Assembly (NCBI GenBank): GCA_035498295.1
Contig: DATKAK010000008.1
Location: forward strand, 3,433 to 67,432
DNA length: 64,000 nt
Origin: Gallionella sp.
GTDB taxonomy: Bacteria > Pseudomonadota > Gammaproteobacteria > Burkholderiales > Gallionellaceae
Direction of reading: 5' to 3'
Below, one piece after another: positions 41,228-51,534 of this stretch (position 1 is the stretch's first letter; each line of letters begins with the position of its first letter). A program made the translations under genes and the position numbers. The notes beneath the pieces were generated by a model that saw only the letters and a list, made by a program, of their open reading frames with translations, did no database searches and was not told the DNA's origin.

Positions 41228-43204
41228 ATGAAGCTTGGAAGAAACGATCCGTGCAGTTGCGGGAGCGGGAAAAAGTACAAGAACTGTTGCCTGGGAAAGC
41301 CCTTGTTCCGACCGGCGCAGCTCAAGGCGCCAACTCCGGACCAGATACGTGTGCTTGACGAAATGTTTATTGCTGGCCGTTTTGCGGAACTGGAAAACCA
41401 TTCACATGCTCTTTTGAAACAGTTTCCGGATTCGGGTATCGTTTGGAAATTGTTCGGGCTGTCATTGCAACTGCAAGGCAAAGACGCTCTATTTGCCTTG
41501 CAGAAGGCTGCAGAACTTTCGCCGAACGATGCGGAAGCACACGGCAATCTGGCGGCTATTCTGCGAGCACGCGGGCAATTCGGTGCGGCTGTGGAGAGCG
41601 GACGCCGTGCGTTGCTGATCAGGCCGGATTTTGCCGAGGCGCTCAACAATCTCGGCGTTGCTCTGCAGGGGCTCGGTCAGCTTGACGAGGCCGTAAAAAG
41701 TTACCGTCGCGCCTTGGAGATCAAACCCGATTTCGTCGAGGTTCACAACAACCTCGGCGGTGTCTTGAAAGAACTCGGGCGGTTCGATGAAGCTGTGGCC
41801 AGTTATCGCAGTGTACTGCAACTCAATCCGGATTTTGCCGAAGCACACAACAATCTCGGTCTGGTTTTCAAAGATATCGGTCAATTCAACGATTCACTGG
41901 CAAGTTTCCGCCGCGCATTGGAGACCAAGCCCGATTATGTCGAAGCGTTTGACAACTTGCTGTTCACGCTGAACTACACAACCCAGCAGCCCGAATGCTG
42001 CCTGGAAGAAGCCCGAAAATTTGGCCGGATGGTGGCCAGGAAAGTGACGACAAGGTATTCCGCCTGGCAGTGCGCAGTCCATCCGCAACGTTTGCGGGTG
42101 GGAATGGTGTCAGGTGATCTGCGTCAACATCCGGTGGGATATTTCCTGGAAAGCTTGCTGGCGAATTTTGACCCAGACCGTATAGAATTGATCGCCTACC
42201 CTACAGTGATGAAAGTCGATTCACTTACTTCACGTATTAAACCTTATTTTGCCGCATGGAAGCCATTGTTCAATATGAGCGATGCCGATGCGGCGCGTTT
42301 AATTCATGCCGATGGCGTGCATGTACTGCTGGACCTATCAGGCCATACCGGACATAACCGCCTGCCCGTGTTTGCATGGAAACCCGCCCCGGTGCAGGCT
42401 GGATGGCTTGGCTATTTCGCCACCACCGGGGTGAAGGAGATGGACTACGTATTGGCGGATGCAGTGAGCGTTACTGACGCGCAGCGCGGGCAATTTACCG
42501 AGACCGTGCGGTATCTTGACACGCTTATTTGCCTTACCCCGCCCGATGTTGGTCTGTCCGTTGCGGCTTTGCCTGCTTTGAATAACGGGTTTGTTACTTT
42601 TGGATGTTTTCAGCGGCTCGACAAGATCGGGGATTCAGTAATGTCGGCATGGGCGCACATTTTCTCCGTTTTACCGTCCGCGAGGCTGCGCTTACAGTGT
42701 CAGCAGTTTGGAAGCCCGGAAGTAAGGCGGCAGTTCATGCAACGTTTGCAGCAGTTTGATATTGTTCCCTCGCGTGTGACGATGCACGGTGCGATGCCAC
42801 GCGAAGCTTATCTGTCAGCACATTCTGAAGTGGACATAATACTGGATACATTTCCCTACACGGGCGCCACCACGACCTGCGAAGCGCTTTGGATGGGCGT
42901 TCCGACGGTGTCATTGGCCGGCGATACGTTCCTGGCCAGAGTGGGCGCCAGCGTGCTCTCCAGCGCTGGGCTGGAAGAATGGATAGCCGTCAATGAGCAG
43001 GAGTACATCTCCAAGGCGGTTAGCTTGGCTGGAGATATACCCAAGCTGGCGGCATTGCGCGCCGGTCTGCGCGAACATGTGCTGGCTTCGCCGGTCTTCG
43101 ATGCTCCGCGATTTGCACGCAATCTTGAAACAGTTTTGTGGGCGATGTGGAAGGAATGCGCCCAGCAGATTCAAAATCCGGCAAGCGCTTCTGACTTCGC
43201 ATGA
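41228..43204 (+). CDS. SEC-C + TPR + O-GlcNAc transferase-like (GT41/SPINDLY) protein
   Basis: GRNDPCSCGSGKKYKNCC; TPR repeats (PDFAEAHNNLG); RVGMVSGDLRQHPV, DLSGHT, LDTFPY..TTTCEALWMGVP. Confidence 0.9.
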   Translation: MKLGRNDPCSCGSGKKYKNCCLGKPLFRPAQLKAPTPDQIRVLDEMFIAGRFAELENHSHALLKQFPDSGIVWKLFGLSLQLQGKDALFALQKAAELSPNDAEAHGNLAAILRARGQFGAAVESGRRALLIRPDFAEALNNLGVALQGLGQLDEAVKSYRRALEIKPDFVEVHNNLGGVLKELGRFDEAVASYRSVLQLNPDFAEAHNNLGLVFKDIGQFNDSLASFRRALETKPDYVEAFDNLLFTLNYTTQQPECCLEEARKFGRMVARKVTTRYSAWQCAVHPQRLRVGMVSGDLRQHPVGYFLESLLANFDPDRIELIAYPTVMKVDSLTSRIKPYFAAWKPLFNMSDADAARLIHADGVHVLLDLSGHTGHNRLPVFAWKPAPVQAGWLGYFATTGVKEMDYVLADAVSVTDAQRGQFTETVRYLDTLICLTPPDVGLSVAALPALNNGFVTFGCFQRLDKIGDSVMSAWAHIFSVLPSARLRLQCQQFGSPEVRRQFMQRLQQFDIVPSRVTMHGAMPREAYLSAHSEVDIILDTFPYTGATTTCEALWMGVPTVSLAGDTFLARVGASVLSSAGLEEWIAVNEQEYISKAVSLAGDIPKLAALRAGLREHVLASPVFDAPRFARNLETVLWAMWKECAQQIQNPASASDFA

Positions 43205-43788
43205 CTGTGACTGAACTGCATAAATAAACCTAGCGTCTTATTCTAATATGGGCTTCCAGTAGCGACCAACCAAGGGGAAGGCGCTGATCGTTCGGGTTAA
43301 CGCGGCGCGAAACGAAGCGAAGTGCAGGGTGCGCGACTGCGCAGTCAATAATCTGGTTTAGCTGGAAGTGTGTTAGTAGAAAATTGCCTGGATACCAAAT
43401 ACGGCATGATTTTCTCATGAACATGCCGATATATTTAGTAAACCAAATGTCCTCAAATAACTCGTTTAGTTCTGTTTACCGAGAGAGGAATAAGTCAATT
43501 AAGGTGTAATGCTTGAATTGGCATCCGAACAGCACTTATTGGCAATAATGAAACGACCACTGCGAAATTGGCTTTAATATTTCGATGCAGTGCTCAAACG
43601 GTTGGTCAGAATATATTCAATTTTCCAGCATAACACTCTGTCCCTACTCAATGATTGGCCTGAAATGCTAACTCATTACAAACAACTTTAGATTATTAAT
43701 ATAAGTTATTGAATATTAATAATATTAATATTTAATTAACTTTCCTCGCTAACTCCTTGTCCTGTAAAGATAAATTCTATTTTTTAGC

Positions 43789-43850
43789 TTGACCATTAGA
43801 TTTTTTTTCAATATAGTGGATTCAAGTGGTAAAAAGTGGGAAAAAGTGGG
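43789..43850 (+). promoter_or_regulatory. dcw (mra) promoter with four MraZ-type boxes
   Basis: TTGACC-17-TATAGT; AGTGG repeated at 10-bp period (43815, 43825, 43835, 43845). Confidence 0.85.
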
Positions 43851-43857
43851 GTATAGG

Positions 43858-44304
43858 ATGTTTCAGGGAGCGGCACAACTCAATCTGGATAGCAAAGGCA
43901 GACTCGCGATACCCGCGCGTTATCGCGATATGTTGCTTGCCAATTGCTCGGGCAATTTGGTGTTGACGGCCGATGCCGATGGTTGCCTGCTTGCTTATCC
44001 GCAACCCGAGTGGCAACCGATACGCGAAAAATTGCTCAAGCTCTCCGCGCTCAATCCCAAGATTCGTGCCTTGCAACGCCGCCTGATCGGTTACGCCGAA
44101 GACGTGGTAATGGATAGTGCCGGGCGCGTACTGATCTCGCCAGCCTTGCGCAATTACGCCGCTCTGGACAAGCACGTCATGCTGGTCGGTCAGGGGAATA
44201 AATTTGAATTGTGGGACGAGATGAAATGGCAGTCGCAACAGGAGGCAGGCTTGTCTTTCCTGGATGGCGACTTACCGCCTGAGCTGGAAGGTTTCTCCTT
44301 GTGA
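43858..44304 (+). CDS. mraZ: Division/cell wall cluster regulator MraZ
   Basis: [10 protein letters not shown] and MDSAGRVLI repeats. Confidence 0.96.
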   Translation: MFQGAAQLNLDSKGRLAIPARYRDMLLANCSGNLVLTADADGCLLAYPQPEWQPIREKLLKLSALNPKIRALQRRLIGYAEDVVMDSAGRVLISPALRNYAALDKHVMLVGQGNKFELWDEMKWQSQQEAGLSFLDGDLPPELEGFSL

Positions 44305-45236
44305 GTGGGGGCCTGGCCCACACCACCGTTCTTCTGAAAGAAGCTGTTGAGGCACTTGCGATCAAGCCAGATGGCATCTATGTCGATGGAACGTTCGGGC
44401 GCGGAGGACATAGCGCGCAAATATTGGAACGGTTAGGCGGCAGGGGAACATTGATCGCGCTGGACAAAGATCCGGCAGCAGTGGCAGCCGGAAATGCGTG
44501 GCGGGATGAACGATTTCATATGGTGCACAGCAGTTTTGTGCATATAGCGGAAATATTGCGCGAGCAGGGTATTGAACGGGTTGATGGCATTTTGCTTGAC
44601 TTGGGAATGTCTTCGCCGCAGCTAGACGATGAGGCGCGCGGTTTCAGTTTTCGCTTTGATGCCCCTTTGGACATGCGAATGGATACCAGCTGCGGAACGA
44701 CTGCAGCAAAGTGGCTGGCAACGGTGGATGAAAGTTTATTAACGGAGGTGTTATTTGACTACGGCGAAGAACGGTTTGCTAAGCAGATTGCAAGATCGAT
44801 TGTTGCGGCGCGCGCAATCGAACCCATTCACACCACGCGGCAACTTGTCGAGCTGGTTAGTAAAGCGGTACGCACCCGTGAGGCAGGGCAGAACCCGGCG
44901 ACACGCACCTTTCAGGCTATACGGATTTATATCAACCAGGAGCTCGAAGAGCTTGCGCGGGTCCTGCCAGAGTGTGTGAAACATCTCAAGCCCGGAGGAC
45001 GATTGGTAGTAATCAGCTTTCATTCGCTGGAGGACCGCATCGTGAAACATTTCATTCGTGACATGGCAGACGGTGACAAGCTGCCGCGAAATATTCCGGT
45101 TCGCTCCAGCGAAGTCCCGCTGGGGAAATTGAAATTGATCGGCCGCCCTGTACATATCAGCGGGGCAGAGCTGAAAGCCAATCCGCGTGCAAGAAGTGCG
45201 GTGATGCGCGTTGCGGAGCGCAGCAATGTTTCGTAA
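44301..45236 (+). CDS. rsmH: 16S rRNA m4C1402 methyltransferase
   Basis: [39 protein letters not shown]. Confidence 0.96.
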   Translation: MSGGLAHTTVLLKEAVEALAIKPDGIYVDGTFGRGGHSAQILERLGGRGTLIALDKDPAAVAAGNAWRDERFHMVHSSFVHIAEILREQGIERVDGILLDLGMSSPQLDDEARGFSFRFDAPLDMRMDTSCGTTAAKWLATVDESLLTEVLFDYGEERFAKQIARSIVAARAIEPIHTTRQLVELVSKAVRTREAGQNPATRTFQAIRIYINQELEELARVLPECVKHLKPGGRLVVISFHSLEDRIVKHFIRDMADGDKLPRNIPVRSSEVPLGKLKLIGRPVHISGAELKANPRARSAVMRVAERSNVS

Positions 45237-45255
45237 CGGCGTGGCGTGAACATCT

Positions 45256-45603
45256 ATGAAGACTGATATTACCGGTATTCGCGACCGTGTCATAGGCAAA
45301 GTTGGAAGACTTAGCCCGGCCTATCAGGGATTGCTGCTTGTTGCGGTGGTTTTGTGTGCATTGAGTGTGGTCACCTCGCAACACAAGGCGCGTAAGCTGT
45401 TTATCGAATTGCAAAAACTGAAAGATCAAGCGCAACAGATGGATGTGGAGTGGGGGCAGCTGCAATTGGAGCAAAGTACCTGGGCCACGCCGGCACGGGT
45501 AGAACAAGTTGCCGTGAAAAAGTTACAGATGCAATTGCCCAGGAGAGGGCAGGTTCAATTTATCAAGGTCAAGCCTAACGGCGAAACGAAGCCAACACAA
45601 TGA
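45256..45603 (+). CDS. ftsL: Cell division protein FtsL
   Basis: TM segment then SQHKARKLF..EWGQLQLEQSTW; N-terminal extension, start uncertain. Confidence 0.9.
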   Translation: MKTDITGIRDRVIGKVGRLSPAYQGLLLVAVVLCALSVVTSQHKARKLFIELQKLKDQAQQMDVEWGQLQLEQSTWATPARVEQVAVKKLQMQLPRRGQVQFIKVKPNGETKPTQ

Positions 45604-47330
45604 ATTACGCGGCCAGCGCACATCCGGACACCATGGCGAGACTGCCAGAATGGCGTGCCACTGCGCTATTTGCAGTATTGCTGGCCGGGTTGGCGGGTCT
45701 GCTGGGGCGTGCAGTGTATTTGCAGGGAATACATGATGATTTTCTGCAGCAAAAGGGCAATGCGCGCTACAGCAGGGTGATTGAAGTCGGGGCGCACCGG
45801 GGATTGATTTCGGACCGCAACGGAGAGCCGCTCGCCGTCAGTACCCCGGTTGAATCGGTGTGGGCGAGTCCGCCGGATGTGGAAGCCGACAGGAAGCAAG
45901 TCAAAAAACTGGCGCAAATTCTCGGCATGGATAGCGAGGATATAAAGAATCGTCTTTTCGACGCCACACGCGATTTTGTATATCTCAAACGCCTGCTTCC
46001 CCCGGATCAGGTCGAGAAAGTTGTCGGGCTGAATCTTCCAGGGATTTATTTGCAACGCGAATATCGCCGTTATTATCCATCAGGCGAGGAGGCGGCACAG
46101 ACACTGGGTTTCACCGGACAGGATGACATCGGCCAGGAAGGGATGGAGCTCGCTCTGCAGGACCAGCTTGCCGGAAAACCCGGCAGCCAGCGCGTCATCA
46201 AGGATAACCGTGGATACATCGTCGAAGAAGCCGGCAGCCTGAACGCTTCCAAACCCGGCAGCGATATCATGCTTAGCCTGGACAGCAATTTGCAGCACAT
46301 CGCCTATCGCGAGCTGGAGAATACAGTCATTCAGCATCATGCCAAGACCGGTGCCGTAGTGGTTCTCGATGCGCGCAGCGGCGAAGTGCTGGCCCTCGCC
46401 AACTATCCGGGCTATAACCCGAATAACCGCGGCAATACAAGCAGCAAGGCGATGCGCAACCGTGCCATTACCGATCTGTTCGAACCCGGCTCGACATTGA
46501 AACCGTTCACGGTAGCGACCGCGATCGAGACAGGCAAAGTAAGCCCCCATACAGTCATCAACACCGAGCACGGTATATACACGCTGGAGGGCAGGAAGAT
46601 CCACGATTCCCATGCCGAGCCGATGCTGACTGTTGAACAAGTTATCCAGAAATCCAGCAATGTCGGCGCGGCAAAAATCGCATTGAAGCTGAAACCCGAA
46701 ATTATGTGGGAAGGCCTGGCAAATAGCGGATTCGGTGCGCAGACCGGCAGCAACTTTCCCGGCGAGGCACCGGGAAAGCTGCGCGACCCAAAGACATGGC
46801 GCCCCATCGAACAAGCCACAATGGCATACGGGCACGGAATCTCGGTGAATCTTCTGCAACTGGCGCGGGCTTACACCATCTTTGCCACCGACGGTGAATT
46901 GAAACCGATCTCGTTTTTGAAACTGGATGCTCCAGTGACCGGGAAGAAAGTATTTTCCGACCGCACCGTGCGTGAAATGCGCCACATGATGGAAATGGTT
47001 GTGCAGCCGGGCGGGACGGCTCCGCTGGCGCAGGTGGCCGGATATCGCGTGGCGGGCAAGACCGGTACTGCGCATAAGCTGGAGAACGGACGCTACGTCG
47101 ATCACTATGTCGCATCATTCGTCGGTTTCGCGCCAGCATCGGATCCGCGCCTAGTGGTGGCGGTGATGATCGATGATCCGGCCGGTGCCGATTATTACGG
47201 TGGAGAGGTGGCCGGGCCGACGTTCAGCAAGATTATGAGCGCGGCATTGCATGCGCTAAATGTGCCAAACGATGCGCCTCTGGACAATGTGGTCGCGCCG
47301 CCGGCGGAAATTGTAAAGGAAGAAGTATGA
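45600..47330 (+). CDS. ftsI: Penicillin-binding protein 3
   Basis: EPGSTLKP, SSN, KTGT; dcw position. Confidence 0.96.
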   Translation: MNYAASAHPDTMARLPEWRATALFAVLLAGLAGLLGRAVYLQGIHDDFLQQKGNARYSRVIEVGAHRGLISDRNGEPLAVSTPVESVWASPPDVEADRKQVKKLAQILGMDSEDIKNRLFDATRDFVYLKRLLPPDQVEKVVGLNLPGIYLQREYRRYYPSGEEAAQTLGFTGQDDIGQEGMELALQDQLAGKPGSQRVIKDNRGYIVEEAGSLNASKPGSDIMLSLDSNLQHIAYRELENTVIQHHAKTGAVVVLDARSGEVLALANYPGYNPNNRGNTSSKAMRNRAITDLFEPGSTLKPFTVATAIETGKVSPHTVINTEHGIYTLEGRKIHDSHAEPMLTVEQVIQKSSNVGAAKIALKLKPEIMWEGLANSGFGAQTGSNFPGEAPGKLRDPKTWRPIEQATMAYGHGISVNLLQLARAYTIFATDGELKPISFLKLDAPVTGKKVFSDRTVREMRHMMEMVVQPGGTAPLAQVAGYRVAGKTGTAHKLENGRYVDHYVASFVGFAPASDPRLVVAVMIDDPAGADYYGGEVAGPTFSKIMSAALHALNVPNDAPLDNVVAPPAEIVKEEV

Positions 47331-48883
47331 GCGCGGCCCTGCATGATTGGGCCAGCGCGCAGCTGGCGGCATTGAACGTACCGTTCAAACGCGTGGTAAC
47401 GGACAGCCGCTCCATTGAGCATGGCGATATTTTTATCGCATATCCGGGTGAAAGGACGGACGGCCGGCAATACATTGCTTCCGCCATAACGCGGGGCGCG
47501 AGCGCAGTGATTTGGGAGGCGAATCATTTCGTTTGGAACGATGCGTGGCAGGTCCCCAATCTTGCAGTCAATGATTTGCGCAACAAGGCCGGTTGGCTAG
47601 CCGACGCGGCATACGGCAGTCCGTCAGAAAAGTTGTGGATGGTGGGCATCACCGGAACAAACGGCAAGACTTCGACCTGCCATTGGATCGCTCACGCCTT
47701 GAATGAAACGGCCAAACCGTGCGCGTTGATGGGAACACTGGGAAACGGTTTTATTGGCGCGCTTCAGGCCACTGAAAACACCACTCCCGACGCGATTCGC
47801 GTGCATGGATTATTGGCCGGTTATCTGCGGGATGGAGCAAAGGCGGTAGCAATGGAAGTTTCATCGCACGCACTGTCCCAGGGGCGGGTGAATGCGGTGC
47901 AATTTGACGTCGCAATGCTCACCAACCTGAGCCGGGACCATCTTGATTATCACGGCGATATGCAAAGCTACGCGGACACCAAGCGCAAGCTGTTTGATTG
48001 GCAAACCCTAGGATTCGTCGTGCTGAATCTCGACGATGCCTATGGCGCGGAACTGGCCGAGCAGTTGCTGGACGCGGCGGCTTCGCCACGGGATAGGGTC
48101 GCAGAAGTCATCGGCTACGGTTTGAGCGATGCCGCGCTGTTGCTGGCCGAACGGCTTGGCCTGCGCATGGTCTATGGCAACTTGCAGGAAATGACCGGAC
48201 AAGGATTGCGGTTGGCGGTCCACTCCAGCTGGGGGACTGCGGAACTCAACAGCACGCTGGTCGGGCGTTTTAACGCTGCGAATCTTCTCGGCGCACTGGC
48301 GGTATTGCTGTTGAGCGGAGTGACATTGAGCGATGCCGTGCGTTCATTGGGCAGGGCGCAGCCTGTCGCCGGGCGGATGCAGCGGCTGGGAAACGTCGAT
48401 GAGCCCACTGTGATCGTGGACTATGCCCACACGCCGGACGCTTTGGAAAAAGTGCTGCAGGCCATGCGTGAAATCAGTGCGGCAGCGGGCGGGAGGGTGA
48501 TTTGCGTGTTCGGCTGTGGTGGAGAACGGGATCGCGGCAAACGCCCGATGATGGGCCTGGTCGCCGAGAAATATTCAGATTTCTGCATCGTCACTTCGGA
48601 CAATCCGCGCAGCGAAAATCCGCGTGAAATAATCGCAGATATCATCAGCGGCATGAACGCGGACAACCACGAGATCATAGTGGACCGCGCCGTTGCGATT
48701 CAAAGTGCCATCAGATACGCGCAGAAAAGCGATACCGTGTTGATTGCAGGCAAGGGTCACGAAGATTATCAAGAGATCAACGGCGTAAAACATCCATTCA
48801 ATGACGTGACAGTGGCGCAGCAGGCATTGCAGTCATGCCATGCCCCCCGGCAGGCGCGGGACAAGATGCGGGGGGAGCAATGA
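47327..48883 (+). CDS. murE: UDP-MurNAc-tripeptide synthetase
   Basis: GTNGKTS, EVSSH, DYAHTPD, DNPR (meso-DAP type), AGKGHE. Confidence 0.96.
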   Translation: MSAALHDWASAQLAALNVPFKRVVTDSRSIEHGDIFIAYPGERTDGRQYIASAITRGASAVIWEANHFVWNDAWQVPNLAVNDLRNKAGWLADAAYGSPSEKLWMVGITGTNGKTSTCHWIAHALNETAKPCALMGTLGNGFIGALQATENTTPDAIRVHGLLAGYLRDGAKAVAMEVSSHALSQGRVNAVQFDVAMLTNLSRDHLDYHGDMQSYADTKRKLFDWQTLGFVVLNLDDAYGAELAEQLLDAAASPRDRVAEVIGYGLSDAALLLAERLGLRMVYGNLQEMTGQGLRLAVHSSWGTAELNSTLVGRFNAANLLGALAVLLLSGVTLSDAVRSLGRAQPVAGRMQRLGNVDEPTVIVDYAHTPDALEKVLQAMREISAAAGGRVICVFGCGGERDRGKRPMMGLVAEKYSDFCIVTSDNPRSENPREIIADIISGMNADNHEIIVDRAVAIQSAIRYAQKSDTVLIAGKGHEDYQEINGVKHPFNDVTVAQQALQSCHAPRQARDKMRGEQ

Positions 48884-50277
48884 TGCACTTGACGCAAGCC
48901 GCGCAGGCAACCTGCGGAAAGCTGGCCGGTGCCGACGTGCTTTTCGATGCGGTATCCAGCGACAGCCGGAAGATTTCCAAGGGGGATCTGTTCGTCGCGT
49001 TGCGCGGCGAACATTTCGACGGCTACGACTTTGTCACGATTGCCGCGCAATCAGGAGCGGTTGCCGCAATGGTGAATATCGACAGTTACCAAGGTTCCGC
49101 TTCCGTTCGCAAGAAACAAGCGGCCGGACTTTCCCCGGGCATTCCGCTATTGATCGTGGAAGATACCCGCTTGGCGTTGGGGAAATTGGCCGGTTGGTGG
49201 CGCAGCCAGTTTGGCATCCCAGTGGTGGCTATTACCGGAAGCAACGGCAAAACCACCGTGAAGGAAATGCTTGCCGGTATATTGCGCGAGGCGGCCGGCA
49301 GTGCGGAGGCAGTTCTCGCAACCCAGGGTAATCTGAACAACGATATCGGTATGCCGCTTACCCTGCTGCAGCTGAATGAGTCACACCGTTACGCCGTGAT
49401 TGAAATGGGCATGAATCATTCCGGCGAGATTGATTATCTGACACGAATCGCCGCGCCTGATGTCGCGCTGGTAAACAACGCCAGCGGCGCGCACCTGGAA
49501 GGGCTGGGTACCGTGGAGGCTGTGGCGCGGGCCAAGGGAGAGATATTTTCCGGACTGCAACATCACGGGACAGCGGTGATCAACGCGGACGATATCTATG
49601 CATCCCTCTGGCGGGCACTTGCTGGTGCGCATCCATTGCTCGAATTTGGCCTTGATCCCCAGGCGGATGTGCGGGGCAAATGGCAACCACGGGATTTTGG
49701 TTTGCGGCTCGAAGTGACTGCCCCGCAGGGAAGATTCGCGGCGGACTTGCAGGTGCCAGGCGAACACAATGCGCGAAATGCGCTCGCTGCGACAGCGGCG
49801 GCAATCGCGCTGAACATCTCCCTCGAAACCATCGCCGCCGGGTTGGAAAAATTCGGCGGAGTGTCCGGACGCTTGCAGCGCAGGTCCGCACAGCACGGTG
49901 CGAGACTGATAGACGACACCTACAACGCCAATCCGGCTTCAGTGCAAGCTGCAATCAGCGTGCTTGCGCAAGCCGCGGGCAAGCGGATTCTGGTATTGGG
50001 CGACATGGGCGAACTGGGAAGGGATGCCCCGAAGTTTCATGCAGATATTGGCGCCGAGGCGCGTCGCGCAGGCATTGAAAAATTGTATGCACTGGGAACA
50101 TTAAGCGCAAAAGCGGCAAGTGAATTCGGCGGCGGGGCGAGACATTTCGAGCGCATCGAAGACCTGCAGGCCGCCCTGGAGAAGGAACTGGACGCGGATA
50201 CCACGGTGCTGGTGAAGGGTTCGCGATTCATGAAAATGGAACGCGTGGTGAAGTTCTGCACCGAAACGGGGAAATGA
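48880..50277 (+). CDS. murF: UDP-MurNAc-pentapeptide synthetase
   Basis: GSNGKTT, NNDIGMP, EMGMNH, DTYNANP, VKGSR. Confidence 0.96.
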   Translation: MMHLTQAAQATCGKLAGADVLFDAVSSDSRKISKGDLFVALRGEHFDGYDFVTIAAQSGAVAAMVNIDSYQGSASVRKKQAAGLSPGIPLLIVEDTRLALGKLAGWWRSQFGIPVVAITGSNGKTTVKEMLAGILREAAGSAEAVLATQGNLNNDIGMPLTLLQLNESHRYAVIEMGMNHSGEIDYLTRIAAPDVALVNNASGAHLEGLGTVEAVARAKGEIFSGLQHHGTAVINADDIYASLWRALAGAHPLLEFGLDPQADVRGKWQPRDFGLRLEVTAPQGRFAADLQVPGEHNARNALAATAAAIALNISLETIAAGLEKFGGVSGRLQRRSAQHGARLIDDTYNANPASVQAAISVLAQAAGKRILVLGDMGELGRDAPKFHADIGAEARRAGIEKLYALGTLSAKAASEFGGGARHFERIEDLQAALEKELDADTTVLVKGSRFMKMERVVKFCTETGK

Positions 50278-51365
50278 CCATGCTACTCGCGTTCGCCCAG
50301 TGGTTGTCCGAGGATGTCAGGTTCTTTAGCGTGTTCAATTACATCACCTTGCGCACCGTACTTGCCGCAATGACGGCATTGTTCATCTCGTTTCTGGTCG
50401 GGCCGACGATGATACGCAAACTGGCCGCGTACAAGATTGGACAGTCGGTGCGCAACGACGGACCGCAGACGCATCTGGTGAAGGCGGGCACCCCGACGAT
50501 GGGCGGAGCTCTGATCCTCATTTCGATTGCGATCACCACCTTGTTGTGGGGCGACTTGCGCAACCATTACGTATGGGTGGTGTTGCTTACCACCTTGAGC
50601 TTCGGGGTAATCGGCTGGGTGGATGACTATCGCAAGGTGGTGCATCGCAACCCCAAAGGACTTTCTGCCAGGGCCAAAATGGGCTGGCAGTCCCTGATCG
50701 CTTTGGCGGTGGGGATGTATTTGTGGAATGCCGCCAACTTGCCCGCAAATACCGAACTCATTGTGCCCTTCCTCAAATTTTTTGTGTTCCCGCTCACCGC
50801 ATTCCTGTTCGTCATGCTCACCTATTTGGTCATAGTCGGCACCAGCAATGCGGTGAACCTGACCGATGGTCTCGATGGTTTGGCCATCATGCCGACCGTT
50901 ATGGTGAGCGCTGCGCTGTCGATATTCGCGTATGTGGCGGGGAATGCGGTTTTTTCGAAATATCTCGGCATTCCCTACATTCCGGGCGCGGGCGAACTGG
51001 CAGTTTACTGCGGTGCCATCTCGGGCGCGGGGTTGGCTTTTCTTTGGTTCAACGCTTATCCGGCAGAAGTATTCATGGGCGATGTCGGCGCGCTGGCGCT
51101 GGGCGCAGCGCTTGGAACCGTGGCGGTGATCGTTCGCCAGGAATTCGTGTTGTTCATCATGGGCGGCGTGTTCGTGGTTGAGGCAGTCTCCGTGATGATC
51201 CAGGTCGCCTCGTTCAAGCTGACCGGCAAGCGCGTGTTTCGCATGGCTCCGTTGCATCATCACTACGAGTTGAAGGGCTGGAAAGAAACGCAAGTGGTCG
51301 TGCGCTTCTGGATCATAACGATGTTGCTGGTGTTGCTGGGTCTGGCGACCCTCAAGTTGAGGTGA
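50274..51365 (+). CDS. mraY: Phospho-MurNAc-pentapeptide transferase
   Basis: [30 protein letters not shown]. Confidence 0.97.
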   Translation: MTMLLAFAQWLSEDVRFFSVFNYITLRTVLAAMTALFISFLVGPTMIRKLAAYKIGQSVRNDGPQTHLVKAGTPTMGGALILISIAITTLLWGDLRNHYVWVVLLTTLSFGVIGWVDDYRKVVHRNPKGLSARAKMGWQSLIALAVGMYLWNAANLPANTELIVPFLKFFVFPLTAFLFVMLTYLVIVGTSNAVNLTDGLDGLAIMPTVMVSAALSIFAYVAGNAVFSKYLGIPYIPGAGELAVYCGAISGAGLAFLWFNAYPAEVFMGDVGALALGAALGTVAVIVRQEFVLFIMGGVFVVEAVSVMIQVASFKLTGKRVFRMAPLHHHYELKGWKETQVVVRFWIITMLLVLLGLATLKLR

Positions 51366-51373
51366 TCGTGGAG

Positions 51374-51523
51374 ATGCGAATCAAGAAGTGCGGCACGCAG
51401 GCGTTGGGGGAGACTCATGTTCGCACAGCGAACGTTATGACGACACCAAACGCTTCCGTGCGCTTCTGGATCATAACGATGCTGCTGGTGTTGCTGGGTC
51501 TGGCGACTCTCAAATTGAGATAA
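51374..51523 (+). CDS. Possible 49-aa ORF ending in an exact copy of the 21 C-terminal MraY residues
   Basis: [49 protein letters not shown]; expression unproven. Confidence 0.4.
   Translation: MRIKKCGTQALGETHVRTANVMTTPNASVRFWIITMLLVLLGLATLKLR
51404..51450 (+). repeat. 47-48 bp hairpin motif, copy A
   Basis: TTGGGGGAGACTCAT-GTTCGC-ACA-GCGAAC-GTTATG-N6-CCAAA. Confidence 0.7.
51458..51523 (+). repeat. Direct duplicate of the mraY 3' end (51300-51365)
   Basis: 61 of 66 bp identical; all 5 differences are silent or stop-to-stop. Confidence 0.92.
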
Positions 51524-51534
51524 GGGAGAACAAG

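Noticed and set aside
43400-43790. Replication origin
   Set aside because: AT-rich, but no cluster of DnaA boxes was seen and there is no dnaA/gidA context.
48070-49140. Short extra loops in MurE (AAASPRDRV) and MurF ([15 protein letters not shown]) as element insertions
   Set aside because: No clear terminal repeats or motif match; cannot be separated from ordinary loop variation without alignments.
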